Assembly: GCA_035626435.1 (NCBI GenBank)
Contig: DASPNQ010000007.1
Span: 18,451 to 82,450, forward strand
From: Vicinamibacterales bacterium
Lineage (GTDB): Bacteria; Acidobacteriota; Vicinamibacteria; Vicinamibacterales; UBA2999
Direction of reading: 5' to 3'
DNA: 64,000 nt
Shown: piece by piece, positions 45,305-54,790 of the stretch
Position numbering within the stretch: position 1 is the first letter of the stretch
Layout of the letters: every line of letters starts with the position of its first letter
The notes under the pieces: model-generated
The model's database searches: none
What the model was told of the DNA's origin: nothing
The model's input: the letters and a program-made list of their open reading frames with translations, nothing else
Program-made: the position numbers and the translations under genes

Positions 45305-47971
45305 ATGAGAAAGGTGATCAGGGGCTTCACGGCAGCGGCGATCCTGTTCGGGATCGCTTCGACGGCCGTGGCCGCCGCCGGCACTGAGGTCGCGCAAGTG
45401 GTCCAGGGCAGCGGCATCGGCGGTTCGCTGCGGGTCACGGTGCTGGATCAAACCGAAGCCGCGCTGATCATCGCGCAGGTCACGATCGTCGACGGCCGCG
45501 GCACCGAACGCTCGCTGGCCGTCGACGATCGCGGCATCGCGGTGTTCGAAGGTCTCGAACCCGGCGTCTATCAGGTGCGTGCGACTGCAGACAGCTTCCG
45601 GCCCATCACTACGCCGGTGAACGTGCGGCGTGGAGAGAATCGGACGACGCTGCGGCTGGCGGTTGCGGCAGTCGAACAGACCGTCGTCGTGCAGGAGCAG
45701 GACGCCGCGAATCGCCGCGACAACGGTTTTACGCAGACCCTGTCGCAGGAGCAGATCGATGCGCTTCCGGATGATCCGGAAGAGATGGCCGACGAACTGA
45801 TGCGCATGGCCGGCCCGGGCGCCCAGATTTTCGTCAACGGGTTCCGCGGCGGGCGGCTGCCGCCGAAAGATCAAATCCAGCAGATCCGCTTTCATACCAA
45901 TTCCTTCTCGGCCGAATATCACGACGCGGGCATGGTTCGCGTCGAGGTGATCACCAAGCCAGGCCTCGGCGGCTGGCGCGGCATGACGAACTTCGGCTTC
46001 CGCGACGAGTCACTGAACGCGAAGCAGCATTTCGCCGACGAGAAGGGCGCCGAGCAGATGCGGCGTTACATGCTCAACTTCCAAGGCCCCATCGTGGCCG
46101 GCCGTACCGGGCTGACGGTCTCGTTTGACGGCAACAGCGCCTACGAGTCACGCACCATCAACGCGCTCTCGTCGTCGGGTGCGAGGGTGACCGGCCTCGC
46201 ACAGGCGCCGACGGATGCGATGAACTTCAACGCGCGCGTCGAGCATTTGATTGGCGGTCAAAGCCAGATCCAGGCTGAATACTCGCGCCGTCAGAACGAC
46301 CGCAGCAACCTCGGCGTCGGCGACTTCGATCTTCCCGAACGCGCGTTCGCGACCGACAACGCCACCGACACCTTCCGAATCCGTTCGACCAGCGTGATCG
46401 GCAAGAAAGTCTTCAGCGAGCTGCGCTTTTCGGTCATCGATTCGGTGCTGTCGACGACGTCGCTGTCGACCCAGCCGACGATCCGGGTCAACGAAGCCTT
46501 CAACTCCGGCGGTGCGGGGCAGATGGGCGATCGCCGCGCCCGCGAAATCGAAGTCGCGCAGAACTTCGATTTCACGATCGGCCGCCGCCACTCGATGCGC
46601 GCCGGAGTGTTGCTGGAAGCCGGTTGGTGGAACAGCAATCAGCGCTCGAACGCGTTCGGGACGTATACCTTCACGAGTCTCGAGGCTTACCGCGCGGGCA
46701 CGCCGGCGACGTACTCGATCCGCACCGGCGACCCGGTGGTCGAGTACTCGCAAGTCAAGGCCGGCTGGTTCGTGCAGGATGATTTTCGGCCGTCGCGAGC
46801 GCTGCAGCTGAGTGTCGGCCTGCGTCAGGAGATCCAGACGCAGGTTGATTCGCGCTGGAACCTCGCGCCCCGAGGCGCCTTTACCTGGAACGCGACTCGC
46901 ACCACCACCGTGCGCGGCGGCTACGGCATCTTCTACGATTGGTACGACGCCGCGCTGCACGAGCAGACGATCCGCGTCGATGGCAACCATCAGGTCGATC
47001 TGATCGTCCAGAACCCGGCGTTCCCGGTCACCGACGCGGCCGGTCAGCGCCTGCCGCCCAGCGTGATCCGCGCCGGTCACATCGAGCAGCCGCTCATTCA
47101 GCAGGCGTCGATCGGCGTCGAACGGCCGCTGGCGCCGTGGGCCGACTTCCGCAGCGATTACATGTGGACGCGTGGCCGCAACACGCTGCGATCGATCAAT
47201 GTCAACGCGCCGATCAACGGCGTGCGGCCGAATCCCGAGGTCGGCAACGTCAGTGAGATCCAGGCAACCGGCAAGCGCGCCTCGGATCGTTTCACCGTGG
47301 CAGTCAACGCGCGCTACATGCCGCGGCGGCTGATGGGCATGGTGATGTACCAGTACAACAACGCGCGCAATTTCGCCGACTCGCCGACGGCGTTGCCGTC
47401 GGACAGCACCAACCCGGACGCGGACTGGGGACCGTCGGCGCAGGACGTTCGCCACCGTATCTTTTTCAACGTCAACGCGCCGCTGGTCAACGGCGTTCGT
47501 GTCGGGCTGAACGTGCAGGGTTCGTCGCCGCTGCCCTACAACATCACCACCGGCTTCGACAACAACGGCGACACGGTGTTCAACGATCGCGCTCCTGGGG
47601 TAACGCGCAACAGCGGCCGTGGCGCCGCGCAGTGGACCACCAATATCCGTTTCAACAAGTCGATCGGTCTCGGCGGTCTGCGCCAGGGGCCGCCGAACAT
47701 GCCGATGCCGCCGACTCCGCCCCCGTCGGGCGGCGCGATGAACCAACGCGTCGGCGGTGGTGCTCCTGGCGGCGGCGAGGGCCCGCAAATGGTGGTCATG
47801 GAAGGCGGCAACACGAAGTACCGGTTTGACTTGTTCCTGAACATCCAGAATGCGTTCAACAACGTCAACTACAACGCGTTCGTCGGCAATCAACTGTCGC
47901 CGTTCTTTGGCACGGCAACATCCGCCGCCGCACCCCGGCGCGTCGAAGTCGGTTTCTCGCTCGGTTTCTGA
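45305..47971 (+). CDS. CarboxypepD_reg + TonB-dependent-receptor-like outer-membrane beta-barrel
   Basis: Signal peptide, then an N-terminal Ig-like region (GSLRVTVLDQTEAALIIAQVTIVDGRGTERS...GVYQVRATADSFRP). A long beta-rich body ends ...VEVGFSLGF, with an aromatic final residue. Confidence 0.75.
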   Translation: MRKVIRGFTAAAILFGIASTAVAAAGTEVAQVVQGSGIGGSLRVTVLDQTEAALIIAQVTIVDGRGTERSLAVDDRGIAVFEGLEPGVYQVRATADSFRPITTPVNVRRGENRTTLRLAVAAVEQTVVVQEQDAANRRDNGFTQTLSQEQIDALPDDPEEMADELMRMAGPGAQIFVNGFRGGRLPPKDQIQQIRFHTNSFSAEYHDAGMVRVEVITKPGLGGWRGMTNFGFRDESLNAKQHFADEKGAEQMRRYMLNFQGPIVAGRTGLTVSFDGNSAYESRTINALSSSGARVTGLAQAPTDAMNFNARVEHLIGGQSQIQAEYSRRQNDRSNLGVGDFDLPERAFATDNATDTFRIRSTSVIGKKVFSELRFSVIDSVLSTTSLSTQPTIRVNEAFNSGGAGQMGDRRAREIEVAQNFDFTIGRRHSMRAGVLLEAGWWNSNQRSNAFGTYTFTSLEAYRAGTPATYSIRTGDPVVEYSQVKAGWFVQDDFRPSRALQLSVGLRQEIQTQVDSRWNLAPRGAFTWNATRTTTVRGGYGIFYDWYDAALHEQTIRVDGNHQVDLIVQNPAFPVTDAAGQRLPPSVIRAGHIEQPLIQQASIGVERPLAPWADFRSDYMWTRGRNTLRSINVNAPINGVRPNPEVGNVSEIQATGKRASDRFTVAVNARYMPRRLMGMVMYQYNNARNFADSPTALPSDSTNPDADWGPSAQDVRHRIFFNVNAPLVNGVRVGLNVQGSSPLPYNITTGFDNNGDTVFNDRAPGVTRNSGRGAAQWTTNIRFNKSIGLGGLRQGPPNMPMPPTPPPSGGAMNQRVGGGAPGGGEGPQMVVMEGGNTKYRFDLFLNIQNAFNNVNYNAFVGNQLSPFFGTATSAAAPRRVEVGFSLGF

Positions 47972-48103
47972 CGCGTGCTTTCGGCGGCAACGGCGATCGC
48001 GCGGTTGGTTCTGCCGCGAGGTCGTCTCAGGTCGCGCGGCACCGCCGACCGTCGCCCCGCACGCGATTCCACTCCGAACGGAGTCGCACGATATTCTTAG
48101 AGA

Positions 48104-49216
48104 GTGAATCGGCCGTCGGTGATCGTCGTCGGTGCCGGCATCGTCGGATGCACCGTCGCCTATGAGCTCGCGAAAGCCGGTGCGCGAGTGCAGGTGCTGG
48201 AGACTCGCTCACCCGGACAGGGCGCGACGCGCGCGTCGGCGGGAATCCTCGCGCCGTTCATCGAAGGGCACGGCTCGGAGCGTCTTCGCGAACTCGGCGC
48301 GCGCAGCCTCGACCTGTACGACGACTTCATCGCCCGGCTTCGCGAAGACGGCGAAGATCTCGTCTATCAGCGCAACGGGACGTTCGAGCTGGCGTTTTCA
48401 GATGCCGACGTCAGCCGCTTGAACGAACTGGCCGGCGGACTGTCAGACCGCGGCATCGAGACACGTTGGATCGATGCCGGTGGATTCGGCGACGTGGAGC
48501 CGCTGGCCAATCCGCGAGCGATCGGCGGTCTGTTGATCCCGGCACACGGCTTTGTCGGTGTGACGTCACTAACCCTCGCCGCCGCGGCCGCCGCGAAAAA
48601 ACTTCATGCGCGGTTTCGGACAGAGACCGGTGCCATCCATATCTTTGGGATGTCGAACGCTCGCATCGGCGTCAAGACGGCGCGTGCCATCTGGGAAGCC
48701 GATCGCGTTGTCATGGCCGCCGGCAGCTGGTCTTCGTCCATCACGATCGAAGGCGCCGATCGCATACCGGTGAAGCCGATCCGCGGGCAGTTGATTCAGT
48801 TGCAGACGGAGCCGGGTTCGATCGGTCGAGTGCTCTGGGGTCCTGACGGCTATCTGGTGCCGTGGCCCGACGGGTCGGTGCTGGCGGGATCGACCGTGGA
48901 AGACGTCGGCTTCGATGAGACGCACACCGCGGAGGCTGTCGAGTCGTTGCGGTCCGCGGCGGCCGCGCTGGTGCCGAGCCTCGGTTCGGCCGCGTTGACC
49001 GAGGTGAGGACGGGCTTGCGGCCGAAAGGCCCCGACGATTTACCGATACTGGGGATGTCGCGTGTACTGCCGGGCGTGATCTACGCCACCGCCCATTACC
49101 GGAATGGCGTGCTGTTCACGCCGTTGACAATGCAGCTGGTGCGCGATCTGGTGTTCGATCGCGACACCGACCCGGCATTGCGCGATCTCGATCCGTCGCG
49201 GGTCGGAACGCTATAA
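48104..49216 (+). CDS. FAD-dependent oxidoreductase, glycine/D-amino-acid oxidase (ThiO/DAO) family
   Basis: Contains VIVVGAGIVGCTVAYELAKAGARVQVLE (GxGxxG) and ASAGILAP, with overall DAO-family colinearity. GTG start. Confidence 0.8.
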   Translation: MNRPSVIVVGAGIVGCTVAYELAKAGARVQVLETRSPGQGATRASAGILAPFIEGHGSERLRELGARSLDLYDDFIARLREDGEDLVYQRNGTFELAFSDADVSRLNELAGGLSDRGIETRWIDAGGFGDVEPLANPRAIGGLLIPAHGFVGVTSLTLAAAAAAKKLHARFRTETGAIHIFGMSNARIGVKTARAIWEADRVVMAAGSWSSSITIEGADRIPVKPIRGQLIQLQTEPGSIGRVLWGPDGYLVPWPDGSVLAGSTVEDVGFDETHTAEAVESLRSAAAALVPSLGSAALTEVRTGLRPKGPDDLPILGMSRVLPGVIYATAHYRNGVLFTPLTMQLVRDLVFDRDTDPALRDLDPSRVGTL

Positions 49217-49230
49217 CATCTGCATCAGTC

Positions 49231-49545
49231 ATGGCATTGCTCACCCCTGAAGAGATCGCCGAGCGGTTGAAGAGCCTCGACGGCTGGTCGCTGCATGGCG
49301 CCGCCATCAAGAAGCAGTTCACGTTCCAGGATTTTCCCGAAGCGGTGCTGTTCGTGAGCGCGCTCGTGCCGGGCGCCGAGGACGCCGATCATCATCCCGA
49401 CATCGAGATTCACTACAAGCGCGTGATTCTGAGTTACACGACGCACGACGAGGGCGGGCTGACGCAAAAGGACCTCGACGGCGCGGCCATGGCCGAGGCG
49501 GTCGCGGCGAACCTTCCTCATCTCGAGGAGTTCGGCGACGGATGA
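49231..49545 (+). CDS. phhB: Pterin-4a-carbinolamine dehydratase
   Basis: 104 aa. Contains LDGWSL...FTFQDF..A..FV..V...AEDADHHPDIEIHYKRV, the PCD signature. Confidence 0.9.
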   Translation: MALLTPEEIAERLKSLDGWSLHGAAIKKQFTFQDFPEAVLFVSALVPGAEDADHHPDIEIHYKRVILSYTTHDEGGLTQKDLDGAAMAEAVAANLPHLEEFGDG

Positions 49546-50042
49546 AGCTGAAGAAGCTGTACTCGTCGCGCGAGGTGGCACAGCTCACCGGACTCACGGC
49601 CAGGCAGCTTCAGTGGTGGGCGAAGCGGAATCTCTTCGCGCCGACGGTTCCCTCACACAAAACCGAAGCGGGCGGCTTCACCGAGCGGCGCTACACGCCG
49701 ATCGAGCTCCTCGAGTTGATGGTGCTCGCGGATCTGCGGCGCAAAGGCTTCAGCGTCGCGCGCATCCGCAAACTGCTGCAGGTGCTGCGGACGCGTTTCA
49801 AGACCCGTCTCTACGACGCCATCGAGGGCGGTGGTCCGGTGACACTGTACATCGACGGGGACAACATCTATGCGCGCACCGCCGACGGCGAATTGTTCAG
49901 CATTCTCGACAACGCCGCGCAACCGCTGATGATGATGGGCGAAGACATCAAGCTGCGTCAGCTGATCGCGCGCGAACGACCGGCGCGTCGCGCTGCGAAG
50001 GGTGTGGCGGCGTCCGGCAAGCGTGGAGCACCGCGCCCGTAA
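49542..50042 (+). CDS. MerR-like HTH transcriptional regulator
   Basis: N-terminal YSSREVAQLTGLTARQLQWWAKRNLF..., followed by RRYTPIELLELMVLADLRRKGFS. ATGA overlap with phhB. Confidence 0.7.
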   Translation: MKLKKLYSSREVAQLTGLTARQLQWWAKRNLFAPTVPSHKTEAGGFTERRYTPIELLELMVLADLRRKGFSVARIRKLLQVLRTRFKTRLYDAIEGGGPVTLYIDGDNIYARTADGELFSILDNAAQPLMMMGEDIKLRQLIARERPARRAAKGVAASGKRGAPRP

Positions 50043-50050
50043 GCCGGCCG

Positions 50051-50359
50051 TCAGGCCTTTGGCTTGAGCATCGGGAAGATCTTTTCGAGGTCTTCAACCG
50101 GGCGGGGGATGACGTGGACACCAATCAACTCGCCGACGCGCCGCGCAGCGGCGGCGCCGGCGTCGGTCGCGGCTTTTACCGAGCCGACATCGCCGCGGAC
50201 GATCGCGGTGACCAGGCCTGCGTCGACCTTTTGCCAGCCGACGAACACCACATTGGCCGCCTTCACCATCGCGTCCGATGCTTCGATCATGCCGATCAGG
50301 CCGCGCGTCTCGACCATCCCCAGCGCTTCGCCGACGATCTCGTTGTTCTTCGATGCCAC
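50051..50359 (-). CDS. Bacterial microcompartment shell protein, BMC-H (PduA/EutM/CcmK-type, PF00936)
   Basis: [77 protein letters not shown] is near-colinear with PduA-type hexamer proteins. Confidence 0.9.
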   Translation of the reverse strand: MASKNNEIVGEALGMVETRGLIGMIEASDAMVKAANVVFVGWQKVDAGLVTAIVRGDVGSVKAATDAGAAAARRVGELIGVHVIPRPVEDLEKIFPMLKPKA

Positions 50360-50390
50360 GCTCGAAGTTTATATCAACTGTTTTCCGGCC

Positions 50391-51503
50391 TCAGGTGATC
50401 TTTCCTCGCGCGGCAATGGCCAGCGGCTCGACGGTGTCCCCGTCGACGAGCCAGGCCTGATCGACCAGGTTCGACACCACACACGAATGATTCGGAATGA
50501 TCCGCACACGGTCGCCCGGTTCGAGAGCGGTCGATCCGGTCACTTTCACCGTGGCGTGCTCTTCCGACAAGCGCTCGACCAGCAGGTTGTCGTGGCCGAT
50601 CACCGCGCCGAAACCCGGCGCCGGCACGAAACCCCGGGCGCCGTCATTGGTCAGCGTCTTGCTGCCGCTGTCGAGGATGATGCGATCTCTCGCGGGCTTG
50701 CTGACGACGGTGGCAAGCACGGTCAGCGCGCAGTCGTCGACGGCAGCGGCGCCAAGCGCAACTTGCGTCCGATCGAAGTAAACGTAGTTGCCCGGTCGGT
50801 ATTCGGTGAATTCCTTTTGCGTGAGCGAGAAGCGCGCCGGCGGTGTGGCGCCGGCACTCACTTCCTCAACGGCTACCCCATTTTTCCGGCACCGCTCGGC
50901 GAGGTCCGACAGCGTCCGCGCCTCCGCGTCGGCCATCCGGCGCAGTTCGTCTTCGGAGTGGGCATGATAGGTCTGTCCGGCGTGTGACAGCAGGCCGCGG
51001 AATGTCAATCCCGGGAGCTCGGCGATCTCTTTGAACATCCGCAGCGCCTCGCGCGAGTCCGGATCGATGCCGCAGCGATGAAACCCGACGTCGACTTTGA
51101 TCAGAACGTCGACCATCCGGCCGGCGCGAGTCATCTCGGTGGACCATTGCCGGGCAACGGCCAGGTTGTCGACGATGAATGACAGGCGTGTGCGGTCGAG
51201 TAACGCGACGACGCGGTCCGCGTTGGAGGGATTGATCGGATAGGGCAGGCGGATGTCGGTGAACCCGGCATCGGCAAACACCTCGGCTTCCCCGAGCTTC
51301 GCGCAGCAGATGCCGGTGGCGCCGCGATCGATCTGCCACCGCGCGATCACCGGCGACTTGTGCGTCTTGGTGTGAGGACGAAGGCGAATGCCGCCGGCAT
51401 TCGCCGCAGCCTGCATGCGGTCGAGATTGCGAAGCGCCGCGGCCTTGTCGATCAGGACCGCCGGTGTCCGCAGCGAATCGACGCTGTCGAGGGTGCCGGG
51501 CAC
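50391..51503 (-). CDS. PLP-dependent D-threonine aldolase / DSD1 D-serine dehydratase family (alanine racemase N-domain fold)
   Basis: Contains TPAVLIDKAAALRNLDRM and LRPHTKTHKS (the PLP-lysine motif of the family). The C-terminal beta domain has ...RIIPNHSCVVSNL. GTG start lies 1 nt after the upstream stop. Confidence 0.8.
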   Translation of the reverse strand: MPGTLDSVDSLRTPAVLIDKAAALRNLDRMQAAANAGGIRLRPHTKTHKSPVIARWQIDRGATGICCAKLGEAEVFADAGFTDIRLPYPINPSNADRVVALLDRTRLSFIVDNLAVARQWSTEMTRAGRMVDVLIKVDVGFHRCGIDPDSREALRMFKEIAELPGLTFRGLLSHAGQTYHAHSEDELRRMADAEARTLSDLAERCRKNGVAVEEVSAGATPPARFSLTQKEFTEYRPGNYVYFDRTQVALGAAAVDDCALTVLATVVSKPARDRIILDSGSKTLTNDGARGFVPAPGFGAVIGHDNLLVERLSEEHATVKVTGSTALEPGDRVRIIPNHSCVVSNLVDQAWLVDGDTVEPLAIAARGKIT

Positions 51504-51504
51504 C

Positions 51505-52647
51505 CTATTGCTGCGTCTTCTTCTTGGCGGCTTCGCGTTCGTGCGCCCGCGCCCCGCTCATGACACCCTCCAGGCCGTAATTGGCCTCGTGACACGCGTA
51601 CTCGTAGACCATTTCGCCTGGCGCCATCGCATTGAAGACCAGTTCACCGGTGAACGGCGCCGTGAAGGTCGTCGGATCTTCGACCGTAAACCGATAGTTG
51701 ATCGTGTTCTGATCGCGCCGCGTCAGCCGCTCGGTCACCTTGAGGTGCTCCCAGGCGCCACGTAATCCGTGATTCGGGTGGAAGTTCGTCGTTTCGATGA
51801 CCAGCGTGTCGCCCTCCCAGCGTCCGATCGAATCGCCGAACCACTTGCGCAGTGCGGCAGGCGGATGCGTGCCGTTGATGCGGACGATGCGGGCGTCGTG
51901 CACCATTTCGGTGAGGATCACCACCGTGTCCTTCGACTGCACGATGGTGTAGCTGTTGTTGTAGTAGTAGTTCGGCAGCATCGGCGGTCCGGCGTTGTTG
52001 CCGAACGAGGTGATGCACCGCTCGCCGAGCGGCCGCAGCTCGGGATGATCGAACTCGCCGCCCTGGCTCTTGCGGATCTCGGCAGCCTTCGCCATCCGCG
52101 CGCGGGCAGCCTCGGTATACGGCGGGATACGGCCATTCTTCGGGTCGATGATCATCGAACTGCGTGGTTGTCCGTCGACACGCAATACGCGATCGCCGGG
52201 ATCGATCCAGAACGAGTTGTAGCCGCCGACCACGCCGGCCCCACCCTGCCACACCCGTTCGAGATAGGTCGGCTCGGCATTCGGGCTCTTGCGAAGCTCG
52301 CCGCCGACCGGCGGGGCGGCGCGATTCGGGTCGCTCGGCTGCTCGCGGAATTCCACCGCGGCGCGGGTCTTGGTTTCTTCATCTCGCGCCACGTCCTCGG
52401 TGATCACCAGCGGCGTGTTCGGGCGCAGGCGTTCGAGTGGCGTGATGGTGGCGTTCGTCCAATTGCCCTGCAGGTCTGGGCGCCCGTCCGGCATACGCGG
52501 GATCGCGCGTGGCGCCGCTGTTGCGCGACGTGCCGCGGGCTTCTGCGTAGCCGGTGCCTGCGCCACCGCGAAGCCGGCGGCCAGAACGATCGCGGCGAGT
52601 GTCGCGCCGGCGATCTGGAGTTGGGTGACGGCATATGGGCGGCTCAT
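51505..52647 (-). CDS. Secreted protein of unknown function (paralogue 2)
   Basis: Signal peptide. Shared motifs with the upstream gene: GRPDLQGNW, IGRWEGDTLVIETTNF, LKVTERLTRRDQNTINYRFTVEDPTTFTAPF. ATGA overlap with the upstream gene. Confidence 0.6.
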   Translation of the reverse strand: MSRPYAVTQLQIAGATLAAIVLAAGFAVAQAPATQKPAARRATAAPRAIPRMPDGRPDLQGNWTNATITPLERLRPNTPLVITEDVARDEETKTRAAVEFREQPSDPNRAAPPVGGELRKSPNAEPTYLERVWQGGAGVVGGYNSFWIDPGDRVLRVDGQPRSSMIIDPKNGRIPPYTEAARARMAKAAEIRKSQGGEFDHPELRPLGERCITSFGNNAGPPMLPNYYYNNSYTIVQSKDTVVILTEMVHDARIVRINGTHPPAALRKWFGDSIGRWEGDTLVIETTNFHPNHGLRGAWEHLKVTERLTRRDQNTINYRFTVEDPTTFTAPFTGELVFNAMAPGEMVYEYACHEANYGLEGVMSGARAHEREAAKKKTQQ

Positions 52648-53513
52648 TTCAACGGCTCCTTCCGCAGGTGGCCGTACATTAACTCAGTCACGAACTCGAC
52701 GCATTTGAACTGGCCGAGCTGGGCGTTCTTCTCGACGCGGCGGTAGAGCGGCATGCTCATCTTCCATGGACGCGTGTAGGTCCCAGGATCGTCGAGCGTT
52801 GCCTCGTAGTTGATGTGATCCGCATCCGTCATGGTGAAGCGCTCCGTGACTTTGAGGCGCTCGGAGTGATGATTGCCAGCGCGATCGAGCCACGTCTGGC
52901 CGTTGAATCCCGAGGTCTCGACCACGAAGGTGTCGCCTTCCCAACGGCCGTGGGAAATGCCCATCCAGCTGTCGACCTGCGGCGGACCGGGATCTTTCGG
53001 GTAAATGTGGCGGACCGCGCCGGCGTACTCATACGCGATGAAGGTGGCGTAGCTGCTCTGAGTAATCTGAAAAGGAAAGGGCATATAGGTCGCCCGCGGC
53101 ACGCCGGGAAGGTAACACTTGATTTCAGGATCCCGTGTCAGCCAGTTCGCCTGGTTCTCCTGTTTTTTCTTCAGGCCCTCGGGCGTGTAGGGAATTTCAT
53201 CGCCTTCGACCACGCCAAGCCCGCCCGGAACGGCGCCGACCGCACCGAGTGCGATCACTTCCTTTGCCGGCACGGGCACGATCGGTCCCGGTCGCATCGC
53301 GAGTGCCGGTTTGGCCATGTGCGCCTGGATGTCCCAGTTCGCGGTATTCACCGCCTGCCACAGGCCGTTGAGATCCGGTTTGCCGTTCAGGCGCGGCACC
53401 GCGCCGGCTCGCGCCTGTCCTTCGACGGCCGGGTTTGATACCAATGCGAACGTCGCCGCGGCCACGCCGGCGACGATGGACAGTTGTAGTACGGACGACC
53501 AACGCATACGCAC
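52644..53513 (-). CDS. Secreted protein of unknown function (paralogue 1)
   Basis: Signal peptide. Motifs: GKPDLNGLW, HGRWEGDTFVVETSGF, LKVTERFTMTDADHINYEATLDDPGTYTRPW. Confidence 0.6.
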   Translation of the reverse strand: MRMRWSSVLQLSIVAGVAAATFALVSNPAVEGQARAGAVPRLNGKPDLNGLWQAVNTANWDIQAHMAKPALAMRPGPIVPVPAKEVIALGAVGAVPGGLGVVEGDEIPYTPEGLKKKQENQANWLTRDPEIKCYLPGVPRATYMPFPFQITQSSYATFIAYEYAGAVRHIYPKDPGPPQVDSWMGISHGRWEGDTFVVETSGFNGQTWLDRAGNHHSERLKVTERFTMTDADHINYEATLDDPGTYTRPWKMSMPLYRRVEKNAQLGQFKCVEFVTELMYGHLRKEPLK

Positions 53514-53595
53514 CTCGAAGGGCGGATTATACGCGGGGTAGGTCCAGCGCTCGCGACACGGCCCTGCCGTTCGGCAAATGCGCTAGCGTAGGCGG

Positions 53596-54567
53596 ATGCC
53601 GCTACAGGTGGTTCCCGCCGTTGGCCCGGTCCTGGACCAAATCCTTGCCGATACGCACCCGCTGTGGCATGACGGACTGTCGCTCGCCAATTATGCGAAA
53701 GCCTGGCACGCGCAGCTCAAGACGCCATGGGGCATGCAACATCTCGATCGCGTAGCGCTGATCGACGGCCCGCATGTCCTGGCCAGTGCCAAACGGTACG
53801 ACCTGTCGGTACGGTTCGACGGCCGGATCCGGCGCGTGCTCGGCATTGGCGCCGTCTTCACCCCCGACGCACACCGCGGCCGGGGCTTCGCGCGTGAGTT
53901 GATCACGCGGATGCTGGACACTGCCGTCACCGAAGGACAGGAGTTCGCCATGCTGTTCTCCGAAATCTCGCCGGCGTTTTACGAGCGGCTCGATTTCGTG
54001 CCGGTGCCGTTGATTGAATCCACACTCGAAGTCGATCAGAAGCGCGGCGGCGCGCCCGCCATGCTCGTCCGCAGCGGCGACGACAAGGATCTGCCCGCGA
54101 TCGCCGAGATGAGCGCCGCACGCGCAGTCGACGCACGTCTCGCGCTGGATCGCGCCGAGGACTTCATCCGCTTCAACATCACGCGCAAGCGCTTGCAGTC
54201 GGGACTGGCACCTCTCGGCACGCGCCACACCGAGTTTCTGGTCGTCGAAGAAGGCCACCAGGCGGTGGCGTATCTGGTGAGCACCGAACAGGACGGCCGC
54301 TGGATGATCGAAGAGGCGGGCGATCGCGATCCGGCCGGCGCGCGTCTCGGCGCCATGCTGCAGGTGATGCTGGCTCGCTATCCGAGCGAGCGTCTGCCGG
54401 AGATCAAGTGCTGGTGGCCGCGCGCATTGGTGCCACCGCAGGTGCGCGTCGCGGCCGCGATACCGACCCAGTCGGTTCTGATGATCAGGCCATTACGCGA
54501 CCGCATCCTGCCCCTGCCGCCGCTTGCCGCCGCGGAAGTCGTGTATTGGCATGCGGACTATTTCTAA
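53596..54567 (+). CDS. GNAT-family N-acetyltransferase (multi-domain)
   Basis: GAVFTPDAHRGRGFARELITRML matches the acetyl-CoA-binding R-x-x-G-x-G/A region. 323 aa. Confidence 0.65.
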   Translation: MPLQVVPAVGPVLDQILADTHPLWHDGLSLANYAKAWHAQLKTPWGMQHLDRVALIDGPHVLASAKRYDLSVRFDGRIRRVLGIGAVFTPDAHRGRGFARELITRMLDTAVTEGQEFAMLFSEISPAFYERLDFVPVPLIESTLEVDQKRGGAPAMLVRSGDDKDLPAIAEMSAARAVDARLALDRAEDFIRFNITRKRLQSGLAPLGTRHTEFLVVEEGHQAVAYLVSTEQDGRWMIEEAGDRDPAGARLGAMLQVMLARYPSERLPEIKCWWPRALVPPQVRVAAAIPTQSVLMIRPLRDRILPLPPLAAAEVVYWHADYF

Positions 54568-54570
54568 CCG

Positions 54571-54790
54571 AGAGCCGGGAGCCGGGAGCCGGGAACCGGG
54601 ATTCGGAAGCCGGGAGCCGGGAGCCGGGAGCCGGGAACCGGCAGCGGCGAGCGGGGGATCGTAGACCGCGGAGCCGGGCGGGGGTCGGGGTGGCGATCCG
54701 GGAGCGGGCCTGGGAGCCGGCAGCGGGAATCCGGGAGCGGCGAGCGGAGAGTGGCAGCGCGGCGCCGCGCGGGCGAGGGGGTCGCAGCGA
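54571..54790 (+). repeat. Largest GGGAGCC/GGGAACC microsatellite array (two canonical G3N4 x4 blocks plus degenerate copies)
   Basis: The array starts 4 nt after the GNAT stop. It reads AGAGCCGGGAGCCGGGAGCCGGGAACCGGGATTCGGAAGCCGGGAGCCGGGAGCCGGGAGCCGGGAACCGG... and then degenerates (GGAGCCGGGCGGGGGTCGGGG..). Confidence 0.9.

Noticed and set aside
46148-47893. 581-aa minus-strand ORF inside the outer-membrane protein gene
   Set aside because: It is an antisense shadow ORF. The plus-strand frame has a signal peptide, beta-strand periodicity and a terminal aromatic residue.
47972-48103. TPP (THI-box) riboswitch upstream of the ThiO-like oxidase
   Set aside because: The plus strand has no CUGAGA … ACCUGAUCUGGAUAAUGCCAGCG-like core. 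The only 'tctcag' is in the wrong orientation.
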